Origin: a virus
Taxonomy: Duplodnaviria; Caudoviricetes
Virus record (IMG/VR): IMGVR_UViG_3300002307_000121
Span: 1-37,525 of that record
Strand: one strand, 5' to 3'
DNA: 37,525 nucleotides
The notes under the pieces are model-generated. The model was given only the letters and a program-made list of their open reading frames with translations. It was not told where the DNA came from and ran no database searches. This document shows, piece by piece, positions 1-10,533 of this stretch. The first letter of the stretch is position 1. Each line of letters starts with the position of its first letter. The position numbers and the translations under genes are program-made.

Positions 1-2
1 CT

Positions 3-1415
3 ACAAGCACTGTTCCTGGACCAACCGGACCTACTGGTGCAGCGAGTACAGTCACTGGTCCTACAGGGCCAACTGGGCCGATTGGATTTACAGGGCCAAC
101 CGGGCCGATAGGTGCAGCAAGTACTGTCACTGGTCCAACCGGTCCTACGGGGCCTACTGGTGCAGCAAGTACAGTCACTGGTCCAACCGGTCCTACTGGT
201 TCAGCAAGTACTGTTACCGGACCAACCGGGCCAGCAATATTCTATCTGTCTCCAACTGTGATAGGAAACATCAGCGGATCGTTGTCAAGTTTTGTAGGCA
301 ATCTTACCCAAGTTGGAAAATATGAAATTACTGCTGTAGGAGATATACAATTTCTTAATCCCGTAGCAGTAACAGCAGGTGTACAAGTAGATGTTTATGT
401 AACTCAGGATGTAATAGGAAACAGACAAGTAACGTTTGATACAAACTTTATAGTTCCTCCTGGCTCACAATTGAGTAGCATTCCCGGCACAATTGATCTA
501 GTTACGTTGTCTGTTCTTGGAAACGGTACTATTGCAGTAAGAATTAGTAATGGTGTTATAGCAGGACCGTCAGGCATGACACAACTCATATCACCGTTTA
601 CTGTACCGGCAATTAATTCAACGGCCGTAGCAGTAGTATTAAACGGTGTAGCTTATCCCAATGGTAGTTACGTATTAATACCAAGTTCACCCCCTATGTT
701 TGGAATAGTTACATCGGGAGGCGGAACAAATAATCTTGTAATTCAAAATCTAGCATCAATATCCACTGGACAAACTGCTGCATCAGGATCTAATTTACCA
801 TTTTGCGGACCTCAAGGCATAGCTGGATCTTATTGGTATGTAGGCGCAGCACCAACTACATGTAACTTGGGTGATATCTGGCTTACTACTGCAGGAAACG
901 TGTATATTTGTACTGCATTTGATGCCGGAGATCCTATTTTCTCAAATCCTAATACTGGTCCACTGAACATTAAAGGTCCTATCGGGCCAACCGGTCCTAC
1001 TGGTGCAGCGAGTACAGTCACTGGTCCAACCGGTCCTACTGGTTCAGCGAGTACAGTCACTGGTCCTACTGGCCCAGTAGGCCCTAAATTTGGAAGTAGA
1101 GTTGTAGCTGTAGCTGATACCGGAACTGTCACACCTAATATAAACACGACAGATATTTGCTATCTTAACAGCACTGCTAGCGGAACATTGTCAATTGCTG
1201 CGCCAACTGGCACCCCGTCTGACGGGCAACTACTAATGCTTAGATTGCTGTGTACAAATTCTTTAACTTTCTCATGGAATATAGCATATAGCGGGTCAAA
1301 TGATCTTTCTCTACCTACAGTTACTACAGGTAGTTCAAAAACTGATTATATTGGCTTTATATACAATGCGTCTACATCATCTTGGAACATGTTGCTTAAA
1401 GTGTTTGGATTCTAA
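3..1415 (+). CDS. Collagen-like tail fibre / virion protein (5' partial; frame open from window start)
   Basis: The frame of ORF 258..1415 stays open back to nt 3 and encodes G-P-T triplets ([13 protein letters not shown]). The C-terminal [19 protein letters not shown]...[10 protein letters not shown] segment resembles phage fibre end domains. Confidence 0.75.
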   Translation, partial: TSTVPGPTGPTGAASTVTGPTGPTGPIGFTGPTGPIGAASTVTGPTGPTGPTGAASTVTGPTGPTGSASTVTGPTGPAIFYLSPTVIGNISGSLSSFVGNLTQVGKYEITAVGDIQFLNPVAVTAGVQVDVYVTQDVIGNRQVTFDTNFIVPPGSQLSSIPGTIDLVTLSVLGNGTIAVRISNGVIAGPSGMTQLISPFTVPAINSTAVAVVLNGVAYPNGSYVLIPSSPPMFGIVTSGGGTNNLVIQNLASISTGQTAASGSNLPFCGPQGIAGSYWYVGAAPTTCNLGDIWLTTAGNVYICTAFDAGDPIFSNPNTGPLNIKGPIGPTGPTGAASTVTGPTGPTGSASTVTGPTGPVGPKFGSRVVAVADTGTVTPNINTTDICYLNSTASGTLSIAAPTGTPSDGQLLMLRLLCTNSLTFSWNIAYSGSNDLSLPTVTTGSSKTDYIGFIYNASTSSWNMLLKVFGF

Positions 1416-1418
1416 TAT

Positions 1419-2897
1419 ATGGCTGTATATTATTGGGTTGGTGGAACCGGTACTTGGAACAATACAAACTCTGCAAATTGGTCATTAACTTCTGGTGGTG
1501 CCGGGGGAGCAGGTGTACCAACGTCGGCGGATACTGTTAATTTTACTTCATTAAGTGGTTCTGGTACATGTTCAGTAGATTCATCCGCGGTGTGCGGCGG
1601 TGCAACATTTAATACAGGCTCAGTTACATTAAGACTTATTGCTAGCACAACATTGATGGCATCAACTGCAACTTTTACCCATACATTTGGTACTATCAAT
1701 CTTAATAACTTCAATTTAACGGTTGGAATCTGGTCTAGCACCAATACCAACACTAGGCAAATTCAATTTGGAACTGGACAGATTAGAATATCTGGTAGCG
1801 GCGCATCAGTTCTTAATATGGGAACACTATATCCAGGATGGTCGTATACCGGGACACCAATATTCAATCTAATATACTCTGGATCAACTGGAACTAGAAC
1901 TATATCAGTGGGTGCTACTTCTGGTAGCGTTGAAAGTCAAACGCCTAGTGTGTATGTATCTGCTGGTTCTGATATTGTATCTACTGGTTCTAGTTATTTC
2001 AAAGATTTAAATTTTTCTGGATTTACAGGGACTTTAAGCACCACACCAACTAGAGTAATATATGGTAGTCTTACATTTGGTTCAGGAATGACTGTTACTC
2101 CTAGTACTACGACATTTTTCTTTTATGCAACTTCAGGAAGCTACACAATAACCAGCAATAACTGCATTGTAGGTGCTAACTTTACATTTGGACAAACTAA
2201 TGTTGCTAGCACCGCAAGTTGGGTATTATCAGATGATCTTAGTATGGGAACTACACAAAGAGTAGTTACCTTATATAATGGAACATTGAACGCAAACGGA
2301 AAAAATATTACAATAGGATCACTAGTTACGGGCAGTGGTACTAATACATTTACTTTAAATATGGGGTCTGGTACTTGGTCTCTATTCTCACCTAATATAG
2401 TTTGGGATGTCACCACTAATCCAATAACGCTAACTATAAACCCTAGCACATCAACTATAATAACAACATATTCATTAACCACTAATGTAACTCTTAATAT
2501 GGGTGCATATACATATAATAATCTAACGATTGGTGGAACAGCCGGCAATAACATTGTTACTATAAATGGTGGGCCAACTATTAATAAATTCACAAGCACC
2601 AAGACTGTTACATATACTATAAATTTTGAGGCTAGTAAGACAACAACCTTTAGTAAATTTTCAGTATTTGGCTCTTTCGGCAAAACTATTACGATTGCCG
2701 GAACTAGTGCATCACGAGCTACGCTTAAACAGCTAACTGGTATCGTAAGTGGAAACTACCTAAGTATTAGTTATATCAATGGTGATTCGTCGGCTGACTG
2801 GTATATGGGCGCCCAGAGCGCCGCGTTTAGTGGAGATAATACTAACATAAAAGTCGCTAATCCCCCCTGGGGAATGGCAATGCCGTTTTTTTCTTAA
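1419..2897 (+). CDS. Ser/Thr/Gly-rich beta-solenoid virion/fibre protein
   Basis: N-terminal YYWVGGTGTWNNTNSANWSLTSGGAGGAGVPTSADTVNF motif; repetitive beta-helix-like composition; lies in the fibre cluster. Confidence 0.6.
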   Translation: MAVYYWVGGTGTWNNTNSANWSLTSGGAGGAGVPTSADTVNFTSLSGSGTCSVDSSAVCGGATFNTGSVTLRLIASTTLMASTATFTHTFGTINLNNFNLTVGIWSSTNTNTRQIQFGTGQIRISGSGASVLNMGTLYPGWSYTGTPIFNLIYSGSTGTRTISVGATSGSVESQTPSVYVSAGSDIVSTGSSYFKDLNFSGFTGTLSTTPTRVIYGSLTFGSGMTVTPSTTTFFFYATSGSYTITSNNCIVGANFTFGQTNVASTASWVLSDDLSMGTTQRVVTLYNGTLNANGKNITIGSLVTGSGTNTFTLNMGSGTWSLFSPNIVWDVTTNPITLTINPSTSTIITTYSLTTNVTLNMGAYTYNNLTIGGTAGNNIVTINGGPTINKFTSTKTVTYTINFEASKTTTFSKFSVFGSFGKTITIAGTSASRATLKQLTGIVSGNYLSISYINGDSSADWYMGAQSAAFSGDNTNIKVANPPWGMAMPFFS

Positions 2898-2907
2898 AGA
2901 GGATTAT

Positions 2908-4902
2908 ATGAGTTATAACGTAGGTACTGGCTTTTCTTTGCCCTTTCCAAATTCATTTTTATTGCCCGAAACTATGGCATATTATAATAGATGCTACAGT
3001 CCTAAACCAAATATCATATTAGTATCTGCAATTAACATTCTTATTTCTACCTTACAGAAAACTAACATTTGGGATATTATTGATGCGTTTCATATCTATA
3101 GTCAGAACAATGTTGATAATGTTGCACTAAACTTGAAGGGTGATTATTTAACATTAACCCCTACAGTAGATCCTGCTCCATTTTTTCTTTCTAATTACGG
3201 TATTACTGGAAACGGAAGCACATTTTCCTATGCACTAGGCGATGCGTATAATTTACCTAATTACAGCAGAGACAGTGCATCAATGTTTGTTTGGAGTTTA
3301 AACTCTGTACCAAGCACGTCTTCAATTGATATTGGCGCATCATCAACCTCAGACGGCGTGTTAAGCAGAGCATCAATAAGAACGTTAGACGGCAGAGGAA
3401 TATCAGCTTCTATATACGCTAATAGTGACACTGCATTGACTTTAAGCACTACTACGCCGTATGGTTTTACTGGATGGAGTAGGACAAGCTCTACTGATGT
3501 TATAGGATTTAAGTCAGGAAATGTATTTAACTTTACACAACCGTCTACTGATTTACCATTGAACTACATTTCTATTTTACGTTTAAGTAATGGGCTGTCA
3601 TCATTTTCTAGTAATTCATTGGCATTGTCTATAGTTGGTGGAGGTCTTACTCAACCACAAATATCTATCTTGTATAATGCATGTTTAGACTTTCTAATAG
3701 ACATAGGTGTTATAAATCCTGATATTCCACCGGAACCCGAAGCACTAACGCCCGGTTGGTGGACAAAATCAACTATGGATTTAGTAAAAGCGGCAAATGG
3801 TTCTAATTTTAGAGTATATCAGCAGGCGCTGCCACCAAGAACAAATAGCATCACAAATAATACATACCTATATTTCCCGTTATCTGATACGGACAGTCAG
3901 CAGGTAGATGCTTTTCAGCCTGCGTATTCTTCACAAAACTATATAAGAAACCATCATCATATCTGGCAAATGAGAAGCGTAGTTCCGCCTAATTCAACAT
4001 ATAATGATCGCCCCTCTCTTCAGCCTCCCGGACAAATTAATGGAGTAACAGCAAATCTGGTTAAAGGAAGTCCGCCGTTGCAGTGTTGGGTTCAGTATGG
4101 CAATTTTGATAAGGCTGATGCTGCTACACAAGCACAAATTAGATTTACATTGGGATATCCTGCACACAATCCAGGCTACGAAACTGATCCTCTGTTGATG
4201 GGTTATATGGATGTTGCGAATAATGCAGGTATACCTGACAGTGATGTGTGGACTTGGCAATATGCTTATGCTAATCTTGATACATTCTGGACTCAAACAT
4301 ATACATCAAGAGCAAGAACCCAGAAATTTTATGTCGTTCAAAACAAAATCATTCTTCCTGATTCTAGACTATGTGATTCTGGCCCAATGGCAACGGGTGT
4401 TGTGTTAGACGCTGAAGCGCAAGATGGTAGAAGTCCGCAAAGACAATTGGCATTATTGCAGAATTTAGCTGCTATATGCCAGTATAAGGGCTACGAGTTT
4501 ACTGTTTACACAAACCCGCTCAACGGCACAGGTGCTCGCAACACCGGATTTACTATAGATAGCTTACCACAGATTGTGCAAACCCCTAATCTTTATTTAA
4601 CAGTAGTTGCTTGGCCTGCTAACATTGAAAAAGACATTACACAATCACTAAACAATCAACTAGATTTGTTAAAAGGTCCAAATGGCAGCCAGCCAATTGA
4701 CTATTCAAAACTAATTATGGAATTAGCGATCGGTCCTCAAAATGCATTTTTCAACGCTGCTCAGTGTGCAATCGTAAGATCGTATGTGCAAAGAGGAATG
4801 AAAGGTGTACTAGTATGGAGAGACTATGGATCACCAGGAGGAAGCATCACTAGATATTATAACCAGGTATTAGCTAATGTATTAGGGCTACCTAACACTT
4901 AA
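2908..4902 (+). CDS. Two-domain virion protein with possible C-terminal glycoside-hydrolase-like barrel
   Basis: 664 aa ORF with GAGGA RBS and Pro-rich linker NPDIPPEPE. GVVLDAE and GMKGVLVW resemble GH18-type beta4/beta8 strands (inference). Confidence 0.45.
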   Translation: MSYNVGTGFSLPFPNSFLLPETMAYYNRCYSPKPNIILVSAINILISTLQKTNIWDIIDAFHIYSQNNVDNVALNLKGDYLTLTPTVDPAPFFLSNYGITGNGSTFSYALGDAYNLPNYSRDSASMFVWSLNSVPSTSSIDIGASSTSDGVLSRASIRTLDGRGISASIYANSDTALTLSTTTPYGFTGWSRTSSTDVIGFKSGNVFNFTQPSTDLPLNYISILRLSNGLSSFSSNSLALSIVGGGLTQPQISILYNACLDFLIDIGVINPDIPPEPEALTPGWWTKSTMDLVKAANGSNFRVYQQALPPRTNSITNNTYLYFPLSDTDSQQVDAFQPAYSSQNYIRNHHHIWQMRSVVPPNSTYNDRPSLQPPGQINGVTANLVKGSPPLQCWVQYGNFDKADAATQAQIRFTLGYPAHNPGYETDPLLMGYMDVANNAGIPDSDVWTWQYAYANLDTFWTQTYTSRARTQKFYVVQNKIILPDSRLCDSGPMATGVVLDAEAQDGRSPQRQLALLQNLAAICQYKGYEFTVYTNPLNGTGARNTGFTIDSLPQIVQTPNLYLTVVAWPANIEKDITQSLNNQLDLLKGPNGSQPIDYSKLIMELAIGPQNAFFNAAQCAIVRSYVQRGMKGVLVWRDYGSPGGSITRYYNQVLANVLGLPNT

Positions 4903-4907
4903 GGTGA

Positions 4908-5963
4908 ATGATGAAAATAGCAGTATACGCATTATGTAAAAATGAAATTGACAATGTAAAAGATTGGTATGAATCTTGCAAAGATGCCGACTTAATAGTT
5001 GTAACTGATACCGGGTCTACTGACGGTTCGTTAGAAGCTCTTTCACATCTACCTGTTGAGTTAAAACAGGCGAAAATCATCCCCTGGCGATTCGATGATG
5101 CCTTCAACATTGCGTTATGTAACTTACCTGAGGATGTTGATATTTGTATCAGATTAGACTTTGATGAAAGACTGAGACCAGGTTGGAAAGAGGCGTTACT
5201 AAGTGTATGGCAGCATAACACTACGAGACTTAGATATCCGTATGTTTGGAATTGGAATAAAGATGGAACTCCGGACAGAGAATGGTACGGTGATAGAATT
5301 CATTCGCGCAAAGATTACAGATGGTCCGGAGCAACACATGAAGGGTTGTATAAAAGATCAGGAAACGAAGTTGAAGTATATACAGAATCACTTAGAATTG
5401 ATCAGTTCCACGTAGTAAAACCTAGACCAAACGATATTACTTTACTAGAAGAAGAGGTTAGAGATAATCCGACGAACAGTAGAATGCTAGGATACTTGGC
5501 TAGAGAGTATTACTTTATAAACGAATATGATAAAGCGATTGATGTTTATCATAGATTCTTAAATCTAAATCCTGATCTTCAAGAACTCATTCAGGCTTAT
5601 TGTTATTTGGCCAAATGTGACAAGCAGAATGAAATTAAGTGGTTAGACCAGGCAATTCAAACTACAGGAATCTATAGAGAACCATATATGGATCTTGCAC
5701 TCATATATTATAGAAATAGTGAGTGGGATAAGTGTCTAGCTGCATGTGAGAACGCATTGAAGATAGTTGATAAGCCAAATTCTTATATCTGTTTAGGAGA
5801 GAACTACACCTGGCTTCCCCACGATCTTCTTAGCATTAGTCATTATCATCTAGGTAACTTAAATGAAGCAGTTCATCATTCTGAATTAGCAGTAAAATAT
5901 TCACCTGAAGACAAAAGACTTACCGATAATCTTGCATTAATAAAAAATGCTAAAGGCTACTAA
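4908..5963 (+). CDS. Family 2 glycosyltransferase with C-terminal TPR repeats
   Basis: KIAVYALCKNE, VVTDTGSTDGS and DxD motif LDFDE, followed by helical TPR-like repeats (YLAREYY, EPYMDLALIYY). Confidence 0.85.
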   Translation: MMKIAVYALCKNEIDNVKDWYESCKDADLIVVTDTGSTDGSLEALSHLPVELKQAKIIPWRFDDAFNIALCNLPEDVDICIRLDFDERLRPGWKEALLSVWQHNTTRLRYPYVWNWNKDGTPDREWYGDRIHSRKDYRWSGATHEGLYKRSGNEVEVYTESLRIDQFHVVKPRPNDITLLEEEVRDNPTNSRMLGYLAREYYFINEYDKAIDVYHRFLNLNPDLQELIQAYCYLAKCDKQNEIKWLDQAIQTTGIYREPYMDLALIYYRNSEWDKCLAACENALKIVDKPNSYICLGENYTWLPHDLLSISHYHLGNLNEAVHHSELAVKYSPEDKRLTDNLALIKNAKGY

Positions 5964-5984
5964 ATAGAAGTGTAGGATAGCAAC

Positions 5985-8900
5985 ATGACAATTCAAAACA
6001 TAAAAATTTCGCAGTTAAATGATATAGGAAGTAATTTAAGTTACACCTCTACGTTCCCAGTGGATGATTTGAGTGCCAATCCAATAACGACGAAGAAGGG
6101 CAACCTTCAAATTATAGGTAATTATATCTTAAGTCAGGCAGGTGGCAGTAACTTCGTGCAAGCAGCACAAGCTACACTGGCACAAAGTGTCACAAATGCT
6201 GCACAACCAAATATCACGAGCGTAGGCACACTTACTTCGTTGGATGTGTCCGGTAACTTAAACATTTCTGTTGATAGCTTAAAGATTTCTGGTGGCAACA
6301 ATGGATATGTATTACAAACAGACGGTACTGGTAATCTAAGCTGGACTAGACAAACCGGAAACGGCAGCGGCGGAACACCGGGCGGAGCTAATACACAAAT
6401 ACAATACAATAATAATGGTTTATTCGGTGGCGCAGATGGTTTTACATTTAATGACGTAACTGGTGATATTGCAATACCTAGTAACATCTCGTTAGGCGGT
6501 GGCACGATCTATGGTGGCACGCCAACTGAAGTAGTAACTAACGCAATTATTACAGATATCCAAAAAGGTAATGTTGCTAACAATTATCCAGCGGTAATAA
6601 CATTTGATGCTGCTCCATTTGTATATCCCATTCGCGGTACCGCAGTCATTGCTAATGTAAACACCCCAACTGAAGTGAATGGCTTATGGCACTTCGAAGC
6701 ATGGTTTGTTAATCAGATTGCATTGTTTACAGATGACACCTACTCAGAGTATGTATACGGTTCAGATTGGTTAGCATTTAGTGGGCAAGGTGACATTGAT
6801 ATTACTATCAATTCTCCGGCTGCTGATATCAAGATTAATTCGGGCGGGTACGAGACAATATTCACCAATGATGGTACTGTTGTACTACCAACTAGCTCCA
6901 GTACATATAACGCCGCATTATTAAGTTCGCCGTTCGATAGCAATATAGACTTCTATGCCGGCGGAAATAGTAGATACACATTCAGTGCTAATGGTAGTAT
7001 TAACTTCCCTAATCAACCTACCAATCAACGAACAGGTAGCGGTGAGGCACTCATGTTCACTAAGAGCACCACTCAAAAAGTGATCGGTACACAACCAGGT
7101 AACGCAACCAATGGCGTAGTAGAACGATTAGTTGTTGCCGGTGGCGATGGCTTTGACGGTGGTGAAGGTGGCGACATTTATCTATGGGCTGGTAGTAGTG
7201 GTGCTAACGGTGGCTCAGGCGGTGATATCAAAGTAGACGGTGGCAGTGGATATAACGGAAGCGAAGGCGGTACTATCAAGATTCGCGGTGGTCAAAGTTA
7301 TGACAATGGCAACGGTGCTGGATATGGCGGCTTTGTTGAAATCTATGCTGGTAGCGGTAAGTATGGTGCACCAGTTGATATTCGTGCTGGTCAAGGTGAT
7401 AGCCAAGCAAACTCCGGTAACATCACATTATCAACAGCCTATGGTGGCACATGGACGTTCGGTGCAGATGGCAATTTAACTACTCCGGGCAATGCTGACT
7501 TCAACGGCAATGTCATTACGTTAGGACCCGGAGCAAGTGAGTTAGCGGCTTCATTAAACAATCCAACTCTCGTTATCAGTGATACAGGTGATGCTTATAT
7601 TCAGGCAGCGATCAATAACGTATCAGACATTGGCTCGGCTGACTGGGCTGCATATGGGCATCATGGCAATAGCGATGGTGGCTGGGTTGATATGGGATTT
7701 GCAAGTTCATTCTTTAACGATCCAAATTATACTATTACTGGACCAGGCGACGGGTATGTGATTACTCAGGCATATCCACCGGGCCAGGCTCCGGCAATAG
7801 GGGGAGGCAATCTTGTATTAGCAACCGGTGTTGAGGGTACTACCAAAGATATTATCTTTGCTACAGGTGGGTTTTTAGTAGAAAATGAGTTTGCTAGATT
7901 TGAACATAGTAGTAACGCATTTGCATTAACTCGTGCAAATTCTATATTAAAGTTTTCAGCAAATGGGTTAATAAGTAACCCAGCTAATAGTTCATTAGAT
8001 CCACAGACCCCAAATGTAAGTACATTAGTGCTTACACCTGATTCTAGATATTATAATCAAGCACTTGTGCTTGACCCAACATTACCTACTCATATTCACT
8101 TGAGGGCACCCGGTGGTATGGGAGGAATTGATGACCCGCTTGCTAACATATTCTTAGGGGGAGAATCATCTAGCTTTGAGGTTGGGGCCGGCACTGGTAC
8201 ACCTCCAAACGTGTTTATTCATAGTGGCGGAAATACTTGGACGTTTAGCACTGATGGAAATATTACACTGCCGGGCAACACATTTGCTGTTAACTACGCT
8301 AACGGGTCTCCGGTTTTGCCGGGGAATGGTGCCGGCGCAGCTGGTTATCCTTATCACCCGCCCGTTTCTTCTCAATATACACTCGATGGCACTGGGACAA
8401 CTTATGCGACGATGACCGATACCAGTATAGGCATGTCTCTGGAGCTCGTTGCTGCCTCTGGTTCAAATTATGATCGTGCTATCACTGCTACTAAATCAGC
8501 TCCGGCTGGCCCTTACACTTTCATGGCAAGAATTTTGCCCACTGCTACTTTTGACAACAGTGCCGGCGAATCTATCGGCGGCTTGTGTGTAAAAGATAGC
8601 ACCGGGGCATTAATAAATCTTTATCGCTATTCAGACGGTAATGTCTACCTTCAAAAGTGGAATAACAAGGGAAGCTTTGCTACCAGCATCTCAACAGTTG
8701 CAGGTCCTTCTTACATGACCGGTGAGGTTTGGCTCGCAATTACGCTCGATGGATCTGGCAGCATGATTGTTTGGTTCGGGAATGGATTGACTTGGGCACA
8801 AGGTCCTACAATTCTGATCACAACCTATTTGAATTCCGGACCATATGAAATCGGATTCCACGTTGCATCCCACAACGTTGCCGGTCAAATCGCAGGCATG

Positions 8901-9104
8901 CGTATTCCTTATCAGGATGAAATTGCTAGTTTGATCCCGCCCCAAGCTCTACGCACGAGTGGAAGTATACAATGGACTACTGCACCAATAAACAACACGA
9001 GCCCCGGGACACCTGGACAATCAGCATATGATACAGGAGGAAATCTCTTTGTGTGTGTATCTACGAACACTTGGGCTAAATTTACAGGAACAATAAGTTG
9101 GTGA
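5985..9104 (+). CDS. Long glycine-rich tail fibre protein
   Basis: IKISQL start, NITSVGTLTSL, GYVLQTDGTGNLSW and GGANTQIQYNNNG fibre motifs; C-terminal GTPGQSAYD...FVCVSTNTW; TAAATA late promoter at 5961. Confidence 0.8.
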   Translation: MTIQNIKISQLNDIGSNLSYTSTFPVDDLSANPITTKKGNLQIIGNYILSQAGGSNFVQAAQATLAQSVTNAAQPNITSVGTLTSLDVSGNLNISVDSLKISGGNNGYVLQTDGTGNLSWTRQTGNGSGGTPGGANTQIQYNNNGLFGGADGFTFNDVTGDIAIPSNISLGGGTIYGGTPTEVVTNAIITDIQKGNVANNYPAVITFDAAPFVYPIRGTAVIANVNTPTEVNGLWHFEAWFVNQIALFTDDTYSEYVYGSDWLAFSGQGDIDITINSPAADIKINSGGYETIFTNDGTVVLPTSSSTYNAALLSSPFDSNIDFYAGGNSRYTFSANGSINFPNQPTNQRTGSGEALMFTKSTTQKVIGTQPGNATNGVVERLVVAGGDGFDGGEGGDIYLWAGSSGANGGSGGDIKVDGGSGYNGSEGGTIKIRGGQSYDNGNGAGYGGFVEIYAGSGKYGAPVDIRAGQGDSQANSGNITLSTAYGGTWTFGADGNLTTPGNADFNGNVITLGPGASELAASLNNPTLVISDTGDAYIQAAINNVSDIGSADWAAYGHHGNSDGGWVDMGFASSFFNDPNYTITGPGDGYVITQAYPPGQAPAIGGGNLVLATGVEGTTKDIIFATGGFLVENEFARFEHSSNAFALTRANSILKFSANGLISNPANSSLDPQTPNVSTLVLTPDSRYYNQALVLDPTLPTHIHLRAPGGMGGIDDPLANIFLGGESSSFEVGAGTGTPPNVFIHSGGNTWTFSTDGNITLPGNTFAVNYANGSPVLPGNGAGAAGYPYHPPVSSQYTLDGTGTTYATMTDTSIGMSLELVAASGSNYDRAITATKSAPAGPYTFMARILPTATFDNSAGESIGGLCVKDSTGALINLYRYSDGNVYLQKWNNKGSFATSISTVAGPSYMTGEVWLAITLDGSGSMIVWFGNGLTWAQGPTILITTYLNSGPYEIGFHVASHNVAGQIAGMRIPYQDEIASLIPPQALRTSGSIQWTTAPINNTSPGTPGQSAYDTGGNLFVCVSTNTWAKFTGTISW

Positions 9105-9946
9105 TGAAACAAAACCCCAAAACTATTATTGATGTGACTCAAGATCCAGGGTTATATCGCAAACCTGTAGTTTATAACCCTCCCGAATCAAACATCAATA
9201 TTCCTAAATTTCACTGGGTTCCGGACAAACTTGATAAAAGAGATTATATATATCAACTATCTAGTAATAACCCTCCTGCTAGCGTTGATTTAAGAAATTA
9301 TGCAACACCGGTAGAAGATCAAGGTCAATTAGGAAGTTGCACCGGACATGCCATTGCCGAAGCAATTGAAATTCTCAACAAAAAGAACGGTAAATCAACC
9401 GAAGTTAGTAGAATGTTCATATACTATTATGAACGATTGCTTGAAGGAACAGTGAACTATGACAGCGGAGCGTATATAAGAGACGGCATTAAAGCTACTT
9501 ACACATACGGGGCTCCCTTAGAGACGTTTTGGCCGTATAATGTTTCAAAGTTTAGAGCTTCTCCTAGCAGTGCAGCTATCAATGACGCAGCTAGACGAAA
9601 AGTTACATTGTATGAAAGAGCAATGGATTTTAATGCATGTATCAATTCACTCGCAAACGGATATCCTGTTATAGTCGGATTCACTGTTTACAGCAGCTTT
9701 GTGAGCGGCAATTGGTATCGTACTACTGCTAACATGCCCTATCCAAACACGCGCTCAGAGAGCGTCCTAGGGGGTCACGCAGTGCTTTTAGTAGGATACA
9801 ACAACAACACTCAGCGGTTCATTGTAAAGAACAGTTGGGGACCGGGCTGGGGAGATAAGGGGTATTTCTATATGCCTTACCAAGTCATTCAAAACACAAG
9901 CATGAGTGGTGATTTCTGGGTAATTAAAAATGTCAACAACCCATAA
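9098..9946 (+). CDS. Papain-like cysteine peptidase (family C1)
   Basis: SVDLR, DQGQLGSC (oxyanion Gln, catalytic Cys), GGHAV (His) and KNSWG..WGDKGY (Asn). Confidence 0.93.
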   Translation: MVMKQNPKTIIDVTQDPGLYRKPVVYNPPESNINIPKFHWVPDKLDKRDYIYQLSSNNPPASVDLRNYATPVEDQGQLGSCTGHAIAEAIEILNKKNGKSTEVSRMFIYYYERLLEGTVNYDSGAYIRDGIKATYTYGAPLETFWPYNVSKFRASPSSAAINDAARRKVTLYERAMDFNACINSLANGYPVIVGFTVYSSFVSGNWYRTTANMPYPNTRSESVLGGHAVLLVGYNNNTQRFIVKNSWGPGWGDKGYFYMPYQVIQNTSMSGDFWVIKNVNNP

Positions 9947-9950
9947 CTAC

Positions 9951-9976
9951 GGTCCCGAGAAGTAACTCTCGGGACC
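9951..9976. terminator. Hairpin terminator at the end of the late block
   Basis: GGTCCCGAGA-agtaac-TCTCGGGACC, a perfect 10-bp stem just after the protease stop codon. Confidence 0.7.
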
Positions 9977-9997
9977 TGATTGTTTAATATCAAAAAC

Positions 9998-10168
9998 TGG
10001 GAAATATTTTATAATAAAAAATTGGGAAATTCATCTAAAAACAAAATAAAATTTGATATGCTACTGCATGATCAATCCCTTTTATAAAAAATTATATAAA
10101 GTGCTTAGCATTGGGAAATATTTTATAATAAAAAATTGGGAAATATTCATAATAAAAAATTGGGAAAT
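9998..10168. repeat. AT-rich direct repeats (TGGGAAAT core, ~25-nt unit)
   Basis: TGGGAAAT at 9998, 10023, 10112, 10137 and 10161; unit TGGGAAATATTTTATAATAAAAAAT. Confidence 0.9.
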
Positions 10169-10533
10169 TAAGTACTACTAATAGTATTTAGTACATCTTC
10201 AACTGTTACATCCTTACGAGGACGAGCAGCAATAATATCAAGACTTGGAGTCGCCTTGATCTTTACCTGACCCTTATCAAAATCACGCTCCTTATCACCG
10301 AGAGTGTCTTCAATAAGAGACTGGTCATCAGCAGACTGAAACTCCTTACGAGTGAGCATATACTTAAGAGCTTCAATCTTAGTCATTTCAGTAGGAAGCT
10401 CAATAAAGTCGCAGCGAGTAGCTCCACCCTTATTAAACTGTTTCACTCTACGGACCATGTCATCAGTAAAACGAATCTTGCTGATGCCGTCGTGTTCGGT
10501 AATACCGACTACCTTAAATATCTTATTAGTCAT
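10168..10533 (-). CDS. Conserved phage hypothetical protein
   Basis: Start MTNKIF follows a GGAG RBS; KIRFTDD...IELPTEMTK pattern recalled from large myophage hypotheticals. Confidence 0.65.
   Translation of the reverse strand: MTNKIFKVVGITEHDGISKIRFTDDMVRRVKQFNKGGATRCDFIELPTEMTKIEALKYMLTRKEFQSADDQSLIEDTLGDKERDFDKGQVKIKATPSLDIIAARPRKDVTVEDVLNTISST

Noticed and set aside
1-1090. Nucleotide tandem repeats as a DNA-level element
   Set aside because: Fully explained by in-frame Gly-Pro-Thr collagen coding with synonymous variation.
5985-9104. Diversity-generating retroelement or invertible fibre cassette
   Set aside because: No reverse transcriptase or invertase, and I saw no adenine-specific template/variable repeat pair in the window.
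9998-10168. CRISPR array
   Set aside because: Repeats are directly tandem without unique ~30-nt spacers, are low-complexity, and no cas genes are present.
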